Part shown: positions 1-9,881 of the stretch, piece by piece
Layout of the letters: each line of letters begins with the position of its first letter
Position numbering within the stretch: the first letter of the stretch is position 1
NCBI GenBank assembly: GCA_963812775.1
Contig: CAWEWH010000008.1
Location: 60,468 to 124,467 of the forward strand
Origin: an uncultured Alphaproteobacteria bacterium
Lineage (GTDB): Bacteria > Pseudomonadota > Alphaproteobacteria > Rhizobiales > Beijerinckiaceae
Direction of reading: 5' to 3'
Length of the DNA: 64,000 nucleotides
Translations under genes and position numbers: made by a program
The notes under the pieces: model-generated
What the model was told of the DNA's origin: nothing
The model's database searches: none
The model's input: only the letters and a program-made list of their open reading frames with translations

Positions 1-101
1 TTGTTGCCCGCTTCGCGCAGATCGGGCGCCAGGTTCCCGTCGATGAAGGCGCGCACCTCCTCGCGGAAGGCGGCGTCCTCTTTGCTGAGAGCGAGCTGCA
101 T
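1..101 (-). CDS. acyl-CoA dehydrogenase, N-terminal fragment; the gene runs off the window start
   Basis: Minus-strand translation from the ATG at 101 reads MQLALSKEDAAFREEVRAFIDGNLAPDLREAGN, a typical acyl-CoA dehydrogenase N-terminus. It is masked in the ORF track by a spurious 846-aa plus-strand ORF. Confidence 0.5.
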   Translation of the reverse strand, partial: MQLALSKEDAAFREEVRAFIDGNLAPDLREAGN

Positions 102-433
102 GGAGCGTCCTGAACGGGCTTCAAGAGACGTGCCGCCAGACTCTCATAGACTTCAACAAACTCCAAATCGTCAGACCATCTTGTTTCGGCGCGCCGAGGG
201 AGATGGGTGTGCTTTGATGCGCCAAGGCGCGCGCGTTGGTCCGCAGTGCGGACGGCACGCGCGAGCCGGCACTCTGCAAGGGACGGCATGGCGTGCGATG
301 TCCTGGGGCAGCGCCACCATCTCGGCCTCATGCGACGAGGCCCCGAAGCGCACGCGAGCATTGCCGGCGGCTTGGCGAATCCGCAAGCCGTGCCATAAGG
401 GGCGATCACGCTTGCGGTGTGGGAACGCCATCC

Positions 434-1669
434 ATGCGGCTCGAGACCGGGGGAAGATCCGAGCTGCTGCGCCGCATCGCCTTCACGCTCTGCGCGCTCG
501 TCGTCTACCGCGCCGCGACGCTGGTTCCGTTGCCAGGCATCAACCCGCTGGCATGGGCGGAGCTTGTGAAATCCCAAGCGGGCGGGGTTCTCGGACAAGC
601 CAGCGCCCTCTCCGGCGGCGCGGTCAGCCGCTTGGCCATCGTCTCGCTCGGCATCCTGCCGTTCATCTCGGCCGCCGTTCTCGTCCAGCTCGCCGGCATC
701 TTGTCCACCTCGTTGAGGGAATTCAGCCGACAGGGACGCCACGGACGCGCCATCATCGACCGCACGACCCGCGTCCTTGCCGTCTTCCTGGCGGCCATCC
801 AGGCCTATGCCGTCGCGGTAGGGCTCGAAGGTGTCGGCGGCGTTGTCAGCGAGCCGGGCGCTCTGTTCCGCGTGTCGACAGTGCTCACCCTTGTCGCCGG
901 AACCATGCTCGTTGTCTGGCTCGCCGACCAGATCACCTTGCGTGGCATCGGCAACGGGCTTGCGCTCATCCTCTTCACCGCCGTCGTCGTCGAGATACCG
1001 AGCGCCGCCATCGAGACTCTCGCATTGAGTCAAAGCGGCTTCCTTTCAGGGCGGCACATCGCCGCCGCGGTGGCGTTCTGCGTCGCAATCGTCGTCCTAG
1101 CCGTGGTCATGGAGCGGGCCGAGCATTCCATCGCAATCCGCTACCGCAAGCCGGGCGTCGCCGACCCATCGGGAACAATGCCGTCTCGTCTCCGGGTGAA
1201 GCTCAATCCCGCCGGCATCATACCGGTGATCCTGGCGACGTGGAGCGGGCTGATTGTCCTCACGCTATTGAGCTTCGTCGATGGCCCGGCTTGGCTCATG
1301 TCCATCGTGGCTCAATTCGGTTACGGCCGCCCCGTCTATTGGTCGCTCTACAGCCTGCTCATCTTTCTCTTTGTCTTCTTCTATACGGCGTTTCTCCTCG
1401 ATCCGCAGCGGATCGCGGGAGACATCGCGAGGCGCGGCGGAGCCATCGAAGAGGCAGCATCGGTCGGAGACACGGCGCAGCGGCTCGACCACGCCGTCTC
1501 GCGCGCGACCTTCATGGGAGCCGCCTACCTGACCATCGTGTGCGTCGTGCCCGAGATGGTGATCCGCTATTTGGATATGCCGTTCTACGTCGGCGGGATG
1601 TCGCTGCTGATCGTCGTCTGCACGGTCCTCGACGTTGTCGATCGGGTGCGCGCCGAGCGCGCGAGGTAG
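434..1669 (+). CDS. SecY-family protein translocase subunit paralog (412 aa); not in the ribosomal-protein context
   Basis: It aligns along its whole length with E. coli SecY. The plug/TM2 region LSGGAVSRLAIVSLGILPFISAAVLVQL matches [28 protein letters not shown]. TM5 MLVVWLADQITLRGIGNGLALILF matches [23 protein letters not shown]. The C-terminal FFYTAF...PFYVGGMSLLIVV matches FFYTAL...PFYFGGTSLLIVV. I set the start at the in-frame ATG at 434 (MRLETGG...). Confidence 0.75.
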   Translation: MRLETGGRSELLRRIAFTLCALVVYRAATLVPLPGINPLAWAELVKSQAGGVLGQASALSGGAVSRLAIVSLGILPFISAAVLVQLAGILSTSLREFSRQGRHGRAIIDRTTRVLAVFLAAIQAYAVAVGLEGVGGVVSEPGALFRVSTVLTLVAGTMLVVWLADQITLRGIGNGLALILFTAVVVEIPSAAIETLALSQSGFLSGRHIAAAVAFCVAIVVLAVVMERAEHSIAIRYRKPGVADPSGTMPSRLRVKLNPAGIIPVILATWSGLIVLTLLSFVDGPAWLMSIVAQFGYGRPVYWSLYSLLIFLFVFFYTAFLLDPQRIAGDIARRGGAIEEAASVGDTAQRLDHAVSRATFMGAAYLTIVCVVPEMVIRYLDMPFYVGGMSLLIVVCTVLDVVDRVRAERAR

Positions 1670-1698
1670 GCCTGCCGCGCCAACGTGAGGATCGAGCC

Positions 1699-2310
1699 TC
1701 ACGCCGCCTTGCGCTTGTGCTCCAGCGCGGCGCGGATGAGCGGCATGCGATCGTTGCCGAAATACATGTCGTCCTTGTCGACGAAGATGGTGGGCGAGCC
1801 ATAGCCGCCGCGCGCCATCACTTCGTCGGTGTTGGCCTTCAGCTGGTCCTTGATGCCCTGCTGGGCGATGCCGGCGAAGAAGCGCGCCTCATCGATGCCG
1901 ACCTTGCGGCAGATGTCGGCCAGGACCTCGTCCTTGGAGATATCCTTGTCGTCGCCCCAATAGGCTTCGAAGGTGGCGCGCGCCAAGGGCACGAGCTTGC
2001 CGTCCGGCTCGACCAGGATGCAGCCGCGCATCGCCTTGACGCTGTTCACGGGGAACACTGTCGGCCGGTGCTTGATGCGCAGGCCCGCGACCCGCGCCCA
2101 GTCGCCGAGGTCCTTCTTGGCGTAGGCCTGCTTGGCCGGCACCGGTTTCTCGCGCGAATTGTAGACGCTCGGATTGATGGTGTTGAAGATGCCGCCCACC
2201 AGGATCGGGCGATAGCGGATGTCCTCGCCGAACTCCCGCGCCAGGGGTTGGAGATTGTGGAACGCCAGATACGTCCACGGACTCGAACAGTCGAAGAAGA
2301 ACTCGATCAT
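1699..2310 (-). CDS. 2-hydroxychromene-2-carboxylate isomerase / DsbA-like thioredoxin-fold protein
   Basis: MIEFFFDCSSPWTYLAFHNL... carries the CxxP/CSSPW thioredoxin-fold motif of the HCCA-isomerase family. Its ATG overlaps the upstream GST stop (ATGA), which indicates translational coupling. Confidence 0.7.
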   Translation of the reverse strand: MIEFFFDCSSPWTYLAFHNLQPLAREFGEDIRYRPILVGGIFNTINPSVYNSREKPVPAKQAYAKKDLGDWARVAGLRIKHRPTVFPVNSVKAMRGCILVEPDGKLVPLARATFEAYWGDDKDISKDEVLADICRKVGIDEARFFAGIAQQGIKDQLKANTDEVMARGGYGSPTIFVDKDDMYFGNDRMPLIRAALEHKRKAA

Positions 2311-3014
2311 CGTTGCACACTCGCTGCCGTCTGGCCGAAGAGGATTTTCTTGGCGTCGTCGCTCATGCCCGATGAGGTGCGGCCGCGCCAGTCCTTGCCG
2401 ACCGCCATGCCCCGCTCGACGCCGGGCCGCACCCGCATGGTGGCAAACCAGCGCTTCACGTTCGGGAACCTGTCGATGTCGACCTGCTGGGCCTTGTGGG
2501 TGACGACCCAGGGGAACGAGGCCATGTCGGCGATGGAATAGTCGCCCGCGACCCAGGCGCCGGTCCTGGCAAGCTGCGCATCGAGCACACCATAGAGCCG
2601 GTCGGTTTCGTCGCCGTAGCGCTTGATCGCATAGGGGATCTTCTCGGGCGCATAGAGCTTGAAATGGCCGTTCTGGCCAAGCATCGGGCCGAGCCCGCCC
2701 ATCTGCCACATCACCCATTGGATGACGCTGAAGCGGCCGCGCAAGTCCTTCGGCAGGAACTTCCCCGTCTTCTCGGCGAGATAGATGAGAATGGCGCCCG
2801 TCTCGAACACGGCGACCGGCTCGCCGCCGCCCGGCGGATCGTGATCGATCATGGCCGGCATGCGGTTGTTGGGACTGATCTTGAGGAAGTCAGGCTTGAA
2901 CTGATCGCCCTTGCCGATATTCACCGGCACGAGCGAGTACGGGAGGCTGCACTCCTCCAGCATGATGCTGATCTTCCAGCCGTTCGGCGTCGGCCAATAA
3001 TGGAGCTCGATCAT
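2307..3014 (-). CDS. glutathione S-transferase (Nu-class, YghU/YfcG-like)
   Basis: MIELHYWPTPNGWKISIMLEE... with an N-terminal GST thioredoxin fold and a C-terminal alpha domain, 235 aa. Confidence 0.75.
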   Translation of the reverse strand: MIELHYWPTPNGWKISIMLEECSLPYSLVPVNIGKGDQFKPDFLKISPNNRMPAMIDHDPPGGGEPVAVFETGAILIYLAEKTGKFLPKDLRGRFSVIQWVMWQMGGLGPMLGQNGHFKLYAPEKIPYAIKRYGDETDRLYGVLDAQLARTGAWVAGDYSIADMASFPWVVTHKAQQVDIDRFPNVKRWFATMRVRPGVERGMAVGKDWRGRTSSGMSDDAKKILFGQTAASVQR

Positions 3015-3032
3015 CGGGTCGCCTCGTGCGCG

Positions 3033-3851
3033 TCAGGCCGCCAGGTCGGGATCGGCGAAGTTCGGCGCGCGCTTGGCGAGGCTGGCTGCCACCGCCTCGC
3101 GCTGGTTGGCGCTGCCGATGAGCCCAGCCTGCTCCTTGGCCTCGGCCTTGAGTCCCGACGCCACATCGGACGTGACGGCGGCATTCAGCAGCCGCTTGGC
3201 GGCCCGCACCGCGTCAGGATTCTTGCCGGCGATGTCGCGCGCTACCTCGAGCGCCTCGGCGCGCGGATCGGCGCATAGCCGCGTGGCGAAGCCGTACTTG
3301 AAGGCTTCCTCGCCCGAGAACATGCGGCCCGTATAGGTCAGCTCGCGCACGATATCCTCACGCACCAGATGCCGCATGAGCTGCGTGCCGGCCATGTCGG
3401 GGATGAGACCCCACTTGATCTCCAGCACCGCCAGCCGCGCATCGGGCGTGACGAAGCGCATGTCGGCGCCGAGCATCAGCTGGAAGCCGCCCCCCAGCGC
3501 GACGCCGTGCACGGCGGCGATCACCGGCACGGGAATCTCGCGCCACACCCACACGGCCTGCTGGGCGCGGTTGGCGACCCCTTGGGTGCGGCTCAGCAGG
3601 CGCTCTTGCGTGGCGCCGGTGGGCTGGCCGGCCGCCATGCTGGCGAAGCGGCCCATGTCGAGGCCGGCGCAGAAGGCGCGGCCCTCGCCGGAGAGGACGA
3701 CGGCGCGCAAGCCCGCCATGCTCTTGAGCTTCTCGCCTGTCGCCACCAGCGCTTCGAACATGGCATCATCGAGGGCGTTCATTTTGTCGGCGCGCGTCAG
3801 CCGCACGTCGGCGACGCCAGCCTCGAGGTTGATCGAGATGCGGTCGGTCAT
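3033..3851 (-). CDS. enoyl-CoA hydratase/isomerase (crotonase) family protein
   Basis: GEGRAFCAGLDM and the crotonase fold; 272 aa. Confidence 0.8.
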   Translation of the reverse strand: MTDRISINLEAGVADVRLTRADKMNALDDAMFEALVATGEKLKSMAGLRAVVLSGEGRAFCAGLDMGRFASMAAGQPTGATQERLLSRTQGVANRAQQAVWVWREIPVPVIAAVHGVALGGGFQLMLGADMRFVTPDARLAVLEIKWGLIPDMAGTQLMRHLVREDIVRELTYTGRMFSGEEAFKYGFATRLCADPRAEALEVARDIAGKNPDAVRAAKRLLNAAVTSDVASGLKAEAKEQAGLIGSANQREAVAASLAKRAPNFADPDLAA

Positions 3852-3961
3852 GGGAATACTCCCTTGCTAGACGCGTAGCGGATATCAGTGCGGCCGGGAA
3901 GGCATCGGAGGCATCCCCGGCGAGCCGCTTTCGGAGCGCGCGCGGCCATTTTCGACGATCG

Positions 3962-4837
3962 TCAAGCGCTCCTCGCCGCCCGGTCCTTGGCGTTCTGGGC
4001 CATGATGGAGTCGCGCGCCGCCTGCCATTGCGCGTCGCTCCATTGGCGTAGCTCGTAGAAATTGCCGCCGGTGGCGAGCGCCTGGGCGCCGTCCATGGCG
4101 ATGGTCTCGCCGGTGAGCCAGCGGCAGCCGTCCGACAACAGGAAGGTGGCGAGGTTCTGCAACTCCTCCATGGTGCCGGCCCGCCCCATCGGGTTGCGCG
4201 AGGCGGTGCGCTCCCCCGGCGTCTCGCCGGGATTGAGGCGCTTGCTCATGCCCTCGGTCGGGATTTCCCCGGGCGCGATGGCGTTGAGCCGGATGCCGTG
4301 CGGTCCCCATTCGGTGGCCAGCGACATGGTCATGGCGTGGATGGCTGCCTTGCTCATCGCCGACGGCACCACGAAGGGGCCGCCGTTCCTGAGCCAGGTG
4401 ACCACGATGGACACGACGTTGCCTGGCTGCTTGCCGGCGATCCAGCGCCGCCCCACCGCGTGCGTGACGTAGAAGGTGCCATGCATGACGATATTCGCGA
4501 CAGCATCGAAACCGCGCGGCGACAGGTCCTGCGTGCGCGAGATGAAATTGCCGGCGGCATTGTTGACGAGGTCGGTCAACGGGCCATTGGCGAAGATCTC
4601 CTCCACCATGGCGTCGACGCCCGCCGCGTCGCGGATATCGACGCCGTAGCCCATGACTCGACCGCCGTGCGTGTCCATCAATTCCTTGGCGGTGGCGTCG
4701 ACTACCGCCTTGCGGCGGCCGCAGATGTAGATGTCGGCACCGAGGGAGAGAAACTTCTCGGCCATGGCCCTGCCGAGGCCGGTGCCGCCGCCGGTGACGA
4801 GAATGCGCTTGCCCTGAAATAATCTGTCCTTGAACAT
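3962..4837 (-). CDS. SDR-family oxidoreductase, 2,4-dienoyl-CoA reductase-like
   Basis: Rossmann motif TGGGTGLG followed by an SDR catalytic region. The start is taken at MFKDR because a GGGAGG Shine-Dalgarno precedes it; the ORF could instead extend to 4870. Confidence 0.75.
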   Translation of the reverse strand: MFKDRLFQGKRILVTGGGTGLGRAMAEKFLSLGADIYICGRRKAVVDATAKELMDTHGGRVMGYGVDIRDAAGVDAMVEEIFANGPLTDLVNNAAGNFISRTQDLSPRGFDAVANIVMHGTFYVTHAVGRRWIAGKQPGNVVSIVVTWLRNGGPFVVPSAMSKAAIHAMTMSLATEWGPHGIRLNAIAPGEIPTEGMSKRLNPGETPGERTASRNPMGRAGTMEELQNLATFLLSDGCRWLTGETIAMDGAQALATGGNFYELRQWSDAQWQAARDSIMAQNAKDRAARSA

Positions 4838-4890
4838 GGCGGCCTCCCGGTTCTTATCGGCGCTTGCCATTGGCCACGGGGCGGGGCTTC

Positions 4891-5748
4891 ATGGCAAGTC
4901 AGGACAGGATGAGCAAAATGCAAACCGAGCGAGCCAATCTGGACCCCAAGGGTGGGACCAAGGTGAATTTCGAACGCGTCAAGCTGGATATGGAAGAGCA
5001 GGTGGCCGTCCTGAAGTTCAACCACCCGGAGGTGTTGAACGCCGTCTCGGCCGAGATGCTCGGCGGCCTGAAGGACGCCCTCGATTTCGTCGAGGACCAA
5101 AGCGGCGCGCGCTGCCTGGTGATCACCGGCGAGGGCCGCGCCTTCTGCGCCGGCGCCAACCTGCAGGGCCGCGGCCAGCAGGGCAATCGCCGCGATCCAG
5201 GCGCCACCCTGGAGACAGGCTACCACCCGATCCTGCGCCGACTGCGCAATCTGCCCATGCCGATCGTCACCGCCGTCAACGGGACGGCGGCCGGCGTCGG
5301 CATGAGCTTCGCGCTTATGGGCGACATGGTGCTGGTGGCGCGCTCGGCCTATTTCCTGCAGGCTTTTCGCCGCATCGGCCTGGTGCCGGACGGCGGCTCC
5401 ACCTGGATCCTGCCGCGCCTCGTCGGCCGCGCCCGCGCCATGGAACTGTCGCTCATGGGCGAGCGGCTGCCGGCCGAGACGGCGCTGCAATGGGGACTGA
5501 TCAACCGCGTCTATGACGACGCGGCCCTGATGGACGAGGCGATGAAGCTGGCGCGCGATCTCGCCAACGGCCCGACCGTGGCGCTGAGCCTCATCCGCCG
5601 CCTCTATTGGGAGAGCCCCGAGAATTCCTACGAGCAGCAGCTCGATCTGGAGCGGCAATCGCAGAAGATCGCCGGCAACAGCGAGGATGCGCGCGAAGGC
5701 GTCACCGCCTTCCTCGAGAAGCGCCCGGCGCAGTTCAAGGGACGGTGA
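4891..5748 (+). CDS. enoyl-CoA hydratase/isomerase family protein
   Basis: VITGEGRAFCAGANL crotonase motif. The start is ambiguous among in-frame ATGs at 4891, 4909 and 4918. Confidence 0.75.
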   Translation: MASQDRMSKMQTERANLDPKGGTKVNFERVKLDMEEQVAVLKFNHPEVLNAVSAEMLGGLKDALDFVEDQSGARCLVITGEGRAFCAGANLQGRGQQGNRRDPGATLETGYHPILRRLRNLPMPIVTAVNGTAAGVGMSFALMGDMVLVARSAYFLQAFRRIGLVPDGGSTWILPRLVGRARAMELSLMGERLPAETALQWGLINRVYDDAALMDEAMKLARDLANGPTVALSLIRRLYWESPENSYEQQLDLERQSQKIAGNSEDAREGVTAFLEKRPAQFKGR

Positions 5749-5750
5749 TC

Positions 5751-6612
5751 ATGGAGGCGCCAGCCGGCCACGCCCTCAACGCCGACCAGGTCGCCTATTG
5801 GAACGGCACCGGCGGGCGGCATTGGACCGAGCGCCAAGCCTCGCAGGACGCCATGCTGGCGCCCGTCGCCGACCTGCTCATCGCTCGCGCCAGGCCGGCG
5901 GCGGGCGAGCGCGTCATCGACGTGGGCTGCGGCTGTGGCGCCACCACCATCGCTCTCGCCGCCAAGGTCGGGCCCAAGGGGCACGTGCTCGGCGTCGACA
6001 TCTCGGCCCCCATGCTGGCGCGGGCGCGCACGCTCGCCCCGCCGAATGCGCCGCTTGAGTTCGTCCTCGCTGACGCCACGGTGCATGGCTTCGAGCCCGA
6101 AAAATTCGATCTCCTCGCCTCGCGCTTCGGCGTCATGTTCTTCGCCGAGCCGGCGGTGTCGTTCGCCAATCTGCGCACGGCCCTGAAGCCGGGGGCGCGC
6201 GTCGCCTTCGCGTGCTGGTGCGAGCCGCGCGACAATCCCTGGATCATGACGCCGCTGCAGGCCGTCTATAAGCACGTGCCGCGCCCGCCTCGGCCGGGTC
6301 CCGATGGAGCCGGGTCCGTTCTCGTTCGCGTCGGAGGAGCGCGTGCGCGGCATCCTCACAGCGGCGGGCTTCGCCGAGGTGGCGATGCAGCCGCAAAACA
6401 TCTCCCTCGACATCGCGGCGGGCGGCGGCCTCGAGGCCGGCGTCGACACGGCGCTCAGCGTGGGGCCGGCCGCCCGCGCGCTGCAGGATCAGCCACGCGA
6501 GGTCATCGAGGCGGCGCGCGTCTCCGTGCGCGAGGTGCTGGCGCCGCTCGTCAAAGGCGACGGCATCCTGCTGCCCGCCTCGTTCTGGATCGTGACGGCG
6601 CGCGCGCCCTGA
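5751..6612 (+). pseudogene. class I SAM-dependent methyltransferase, interrupted by a +1 frameshift near 6290-6305
   Basis: The N-terminal part (VIDVGCGCGATT, SAM-binding motif I) is in one frame up to ...HVPRPPRPGP. The C-terminal part (MEPGPFSFASEERVRGILTAAGF...) continues in the +1 frame as ORF 6304..6612. Confidence 0.6.
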
Positions 6613-6650
6613 ACAACTCGCGGCTTCGGTCGCGGGCGCTCGTGAGCCTA

Positions 6651-7022
6651 TCAGATCTTGAACCATGCCGTGGCGCTGTCATAGAAGAAGCGCTCATGCA
6701 GGATGCGGTCCCCGCTCCACCGCTGCAACGCGACCTCTTCCAGCCTTGTGACCGCGTCGTTGTTGTCGATCCTGTCAAATGTCCATCTTATCGCGACGTT
6801 GTCTCCATCCACGAGGATCACCTCCGGCTGGTGCGTGTGCATTCGTTTGATCCGGCTCAACGCTCGCTCCTCGTGTGCGGCTAGCACGTCGCGTCCGCGC
6901 CGCGGCTCATGGCGATTTTCCTGCATCGTCGCATTCTCGTGATAAAAATCCTTGATCGCGCGGACATGGTCGCCGGACACCACGACAGAAACGAACTCGG
7001 TAACGCGGGCGCGATCAGGCAT
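6651..7022 (-). CDS. SnoaL-like / NTF2-fold protein (ketosteroid-isomerase-like)
   Basis: 123 aa from MPDRARVTEF...; NTF2-like pattern. Confidence 0.5.
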   Translation of the reverse strand: MPDRARVTEFVSVVVSGDHVRAIKDFYHENATMQENRHEPRRGRDVLAAHEERALSRIKRMHTHQPEVILVDGDNVAIRWTFDRIDNNDAVTRLEEVALQRWSGDRILHERFFYDSATAWFKI

Positions 7023-7168
7023 CGCAAGGTTTCCTTTCATTGGTGGAGCGGGATGCTCGTGCTCGATCTTGAATCCTGCACGGGCGATGGCACGATACGA
7101 CCTCGACGTGCTATGCACCACCCAGATGGGCCCGGAGGTTGGGCCGTGGGCAGCAGGGGGCGCACGAA

Positions 7169-8134
7169 ATGTCGACCGTCATCGTGGGCGGCGCTGGCTT
7201 CATCGGCCGTCGCCTTATTCCGCTTCTCCTTGCACGCGGCGAGAGCGTCGTGTGCTTCGACATCAATGTCACCGGCGCGAGCACCTTCGGCGACGGCGTC
7301 AAGCTCGTGCGTGGCGACGTGACCCAGTTCGACGATGTGATGGCGGCGGTGGCCGAGGCAAAGCCTGAACGCCTCGTCAATTTATCCTATCATATCGGCA
7401 GCGACCTGCCGCCGCATATCGCCACGAAGCTCAATGTCCTCGGCATGGACAATTGTTTCGAGGCGGCGCGCCTTTGCGGTGTCAAGCACACGATGTACGC
7501 AAGCTCGCTTGCGGTGAACGGTCAGCAGCGGCACTTCGGCGAACGCCCCCTCACCGAGGACGACTTCCGTCACGGCGACTACCAGTATGCCGTCTGCAAG
7601 ATTTTCAACGAATGGCAGGCCAAGGATTACCGCGACAAGTACGGCATGATCATCACCGGCCTGCGTCCCGCCAACGTCACGGGTCCCGATAAGCTCCGCG
7701 GCTCGGTCGATCACGTCAACTGCATCGTCCAGCCGGCACGCGGCAAATCCGTCACGTTCCCGCATCGCGACGCCATGCGCTGCCCGATCCATGTCGAGGA
7801 CATCGCCGAAGTGTTCGCGCGCCTGATCATGGCCGAAAAGCCCAAGCACGCCATCTACAATTCCGGCGGCCACGCGATCAGCCTCGGCGACCTTGCCGCC
7901 ATGGTGCGCGAGTTCCTGCCCGACGCCGACATCCGCTTCGAGCGCGACAGCGGCGGCCGCGAGATATCCGGCAACTTCCTGATCGACAACACCCGGCTCG
8001 TCGAGGAGTTCGCCGTGCAATACGCGCCCTTCCGCAGCCGGGTGCTGGAAATCATCAACGACATCCGCCGCGAGGAGGGGAAGCCGCCGATCGGCGATCG
8101 CACGGCGGCGGCGCCGAGGGCGGCGCGCGGCTGA
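7169..8134 (+). CDS. NAD-dependent epimerase/dehydratase family protein
   Basis: MSTVIVGGAGFIGRRL Rossmann motif and a YxxxK active site (YAVCK). Confidence 0.8.
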   Translation: MSTVIVGGAGFIGRRLIPLLLARGESVVCFDINVTGASTFGDGVKLVRGDVTQFDDVMAAVAEAKPERLVNLSYHIGSDLPPHIATKLNVLGMDNCFEAARLCGVKHTMYASSLAVNGQQRHFGERPLTEDDFRHGDYQYAVCKIFNEWQAKDYRDKYGMIITGLRPANVTGPDKLRGSVDHVNCIVQPARGKSVTFPHRDAMRCPIHVEDIAEVFARLIMAEKPKHAIYNSGGHAISLGDLAAMVREFLPDADIRFERDSGGREISGNFLIDNTRLVEEFAVQYAPFRSRVLEIINDIRREEGKPPIGDRTAAAPRAARG

Positions 8135-8144
8135 ACGGCCCGTT

Positions 8145-8498
8145 TCAGATGTCGATGCCGTAGTGCTCCGCGCCGGCCGACTTGAAATTCTGCGTGAGCT
8201 CACCGGCGCGTCGGAAGGCTTTGACCGTATCGCCCGCCGACAGGGCGACCGTCGTGGTGATGTCGGTGAGGCTGCCTCCCGCGGCGGCCGCGAGCACCGC
8301 CGATATCATCGTCGGCTCGTCGGGAGCTTCCGCGATGATGAGCCAGTCGTATCGCCCGAGCGTCAGATACCACCCGATGAGGCGCGCACCGGCTGCGTTG
8401 AACAGCTCGGTGACGGCTTCCGATCGATCTTCGGGTTTTGCGGTCATCCCCTTGATGGCACGAGCCGTATATCGGCCTTGACAGATATAGATCGTCAT
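8145..8498 (-). CDS. GYD domain-containing protein
   Basis: MTIYICQGRYTARAIKGM... matches the GYD family; a GGGAGGA Shine-Dalgarno precedes the start. Confidence 0.65.
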   Translation of the reverse strand: MTIYICQGRYTARAIKGMTAKPEDRSEAVTELFNAAGARLIGWYLTLGRYDWLIIAEAPDEPTMISAVLAAAAGGSLTDITTTVALSAGDTVKAFRRAGELTQNFKSAGAEHYGIDI

Positions 8499-8752
8499 CC
8501 TGGTCCTCCCGCGTACGGAGCCAGGGGGATGATGCGCTTGCGCCCAGGCGCGCGCAACGGCCCGCGCCCTGCCGTCGTCCGCCATATGATCCGCCACATG
8601 ATGCCACATGAGCAAAATGCGGCAGGGGACGCGCGAATTCGTTTGCGCCCGAAAGCTAAATTACCCTAACGTTTTGGACAACGCCGCCGGGGGCGCGAGC
8701 CCGGCCGCGGCTGGTTGATCTCGCGCACGAAGAAGCGCGAGGCACGAGGCAA

Positions 8753-9871
8753 ATGAACTTCGATTTTTCCGACGACCTGAAGATGCTGCGCCAGGAGGCC
8801 AAGAAATTCCTCACCGAGCGCTCGCCGCCGGCGGCGGCGCGGCGCATCCTCGAAGGCCCCGAGCCTTACGACAAGGCGCTCTTCGACGAGATGGCCAAGA
8901 TGGGTTGGACGGGCGCCGCGATCCCCGAGGAATTCGGCGGCGCCGGGCTCGGTCATCTGGCGCTTTGCGTGCTGGCCGAGGAAATCGGTTATGCGGTCGC
9001 CCCGGTGCCGTTCTCGTCGTCCGTCTATCTCGCCACCGAAGCGCTGCTTCTCGCCGGCAGCAACGAGCAGAAGAAGAAGTGGTTGCCGAAGCTCGCCTCC
9101 GGCGAAGTCATCGGCACCCTCGCCATGGCGGAAGTGCCGCCGGTCTCCGACCCGCGCCGGCTGCGCACCACGGTCGACGGCGGCAAGGTGAACGGCACCA
9201 AGGTGCCCGTGCCGGACGGCGACGTGGCCGATATTGCGGTCGTGGTCGGGCGCTCCGATCGTGGCGTCAGCCTCGGGCTCGTCGACCTCAAGGGCGCGGG
9301 CGTCAAGCGCGAAGCCGTCACCACGGTCGATCCGACGCGCTCGCATGCCCGCGTCAGTTTCGACAACGCCGCCGCCGAGCCGCTCGGCGCGCCGGCCGAC
9401 GGCCAGGCGCTCTTGCGCAAGCTGCTCGATCGTGCCGCCGTGCTCATCGCCTTCGAGCAGGTGGGCGGCGCCCAGGCGGCCCTCGACATGGCCTGCAATT
9501 ATGCCCGCGAGCGCTATGCCTTCGGGCGTCCCATCGGCTCGTTCCAGGCCATCAAGCACAAGCTCGCCGACATCTATGTGTCGACGGAGCTGGCGCGCTC
9601 CAACGCCTATTACGGCGCCTGGGCGCTGTCGACTGACGCCAAGGAGCTGCCCATCGCCGCGAGCGCGGCGCGCGCCTCTGCCAGCGACGCCTACTGGCAC
9701 GCCGCCAAGGAGAACATCCAGACGCATGGCGGCATGGGCTACACGTGGCAGTTCGACTGCCAGTTCTACTTCCGCCGCGCCAAGCTCTTGGCGTTGTCGC
9801 TGGGCAGCGCGCGTGAATGGAAAGACCGGCTGATCAGCGAGCTCGAGACGCAGAACCGGGCCGCCGCCTGA
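8753..9871 (+). CDS. acyl-CoA dehydrogenase family protein (372 aa)
   Basis: Acyl-CoA dehydrogenase N, middle and C domains (GGMGYTWQFDCQFYFRRAK near the C-terminus). Confidence 0.8.
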   Translation: MNFDFSDDLKMLRQEAKKFLTERSPPAAARRILEGPEPYDKALFDEMAKMGWTGAAIPEEFGGAGLGHLALCVLAEEIGYAVAPVPFSSSVYLATEALLLAGSNEQKKKWLPKLASGEVIGTLAMAEVPPVSDPRRLRTTVDGGKVNGTKVPVPDGDVADIAVVVGRSDRGVSLGLVDLKGAGVKREAVTTVDPTRSHARVSFDNAAAEPLGAPADGQALLRKLLDRAAVLIAFEQVGGAQAALDMACNYARERYAFGRPIGSFQAIKHKLADIYVSTELARSNAYYGAWALSTDAKELPIAASAARASASDAYWHAAKENIQTHGGMGYTWQFDCQFYFRRAKLLALSLGSAREWKDRLISELETQNRAAA

Positions 9872-9881
9872 GGAGGGCACG

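Noticed and set aside
1-2541. 846-aa plus-strand ORF spanning the start of the window
   Set aside because: Arg/Ala/Gly-rich and low-complexity. It overlaps well-supported genes (the acyl-CoA dehydrogenase fragment, SecY-like, and the antisense of the DsbA-like gene and GST). It is a typical spurious long ORF in high-GC DNA.
5607-6884. 425-aa ORF extending the methyltransferase by ~190 junk residues
   Set aside because: Only residues ~49-230 are methyltransferase-like. The remainder is read-through after a frameshift. The true C-terminus is in ORF 6304..6612.
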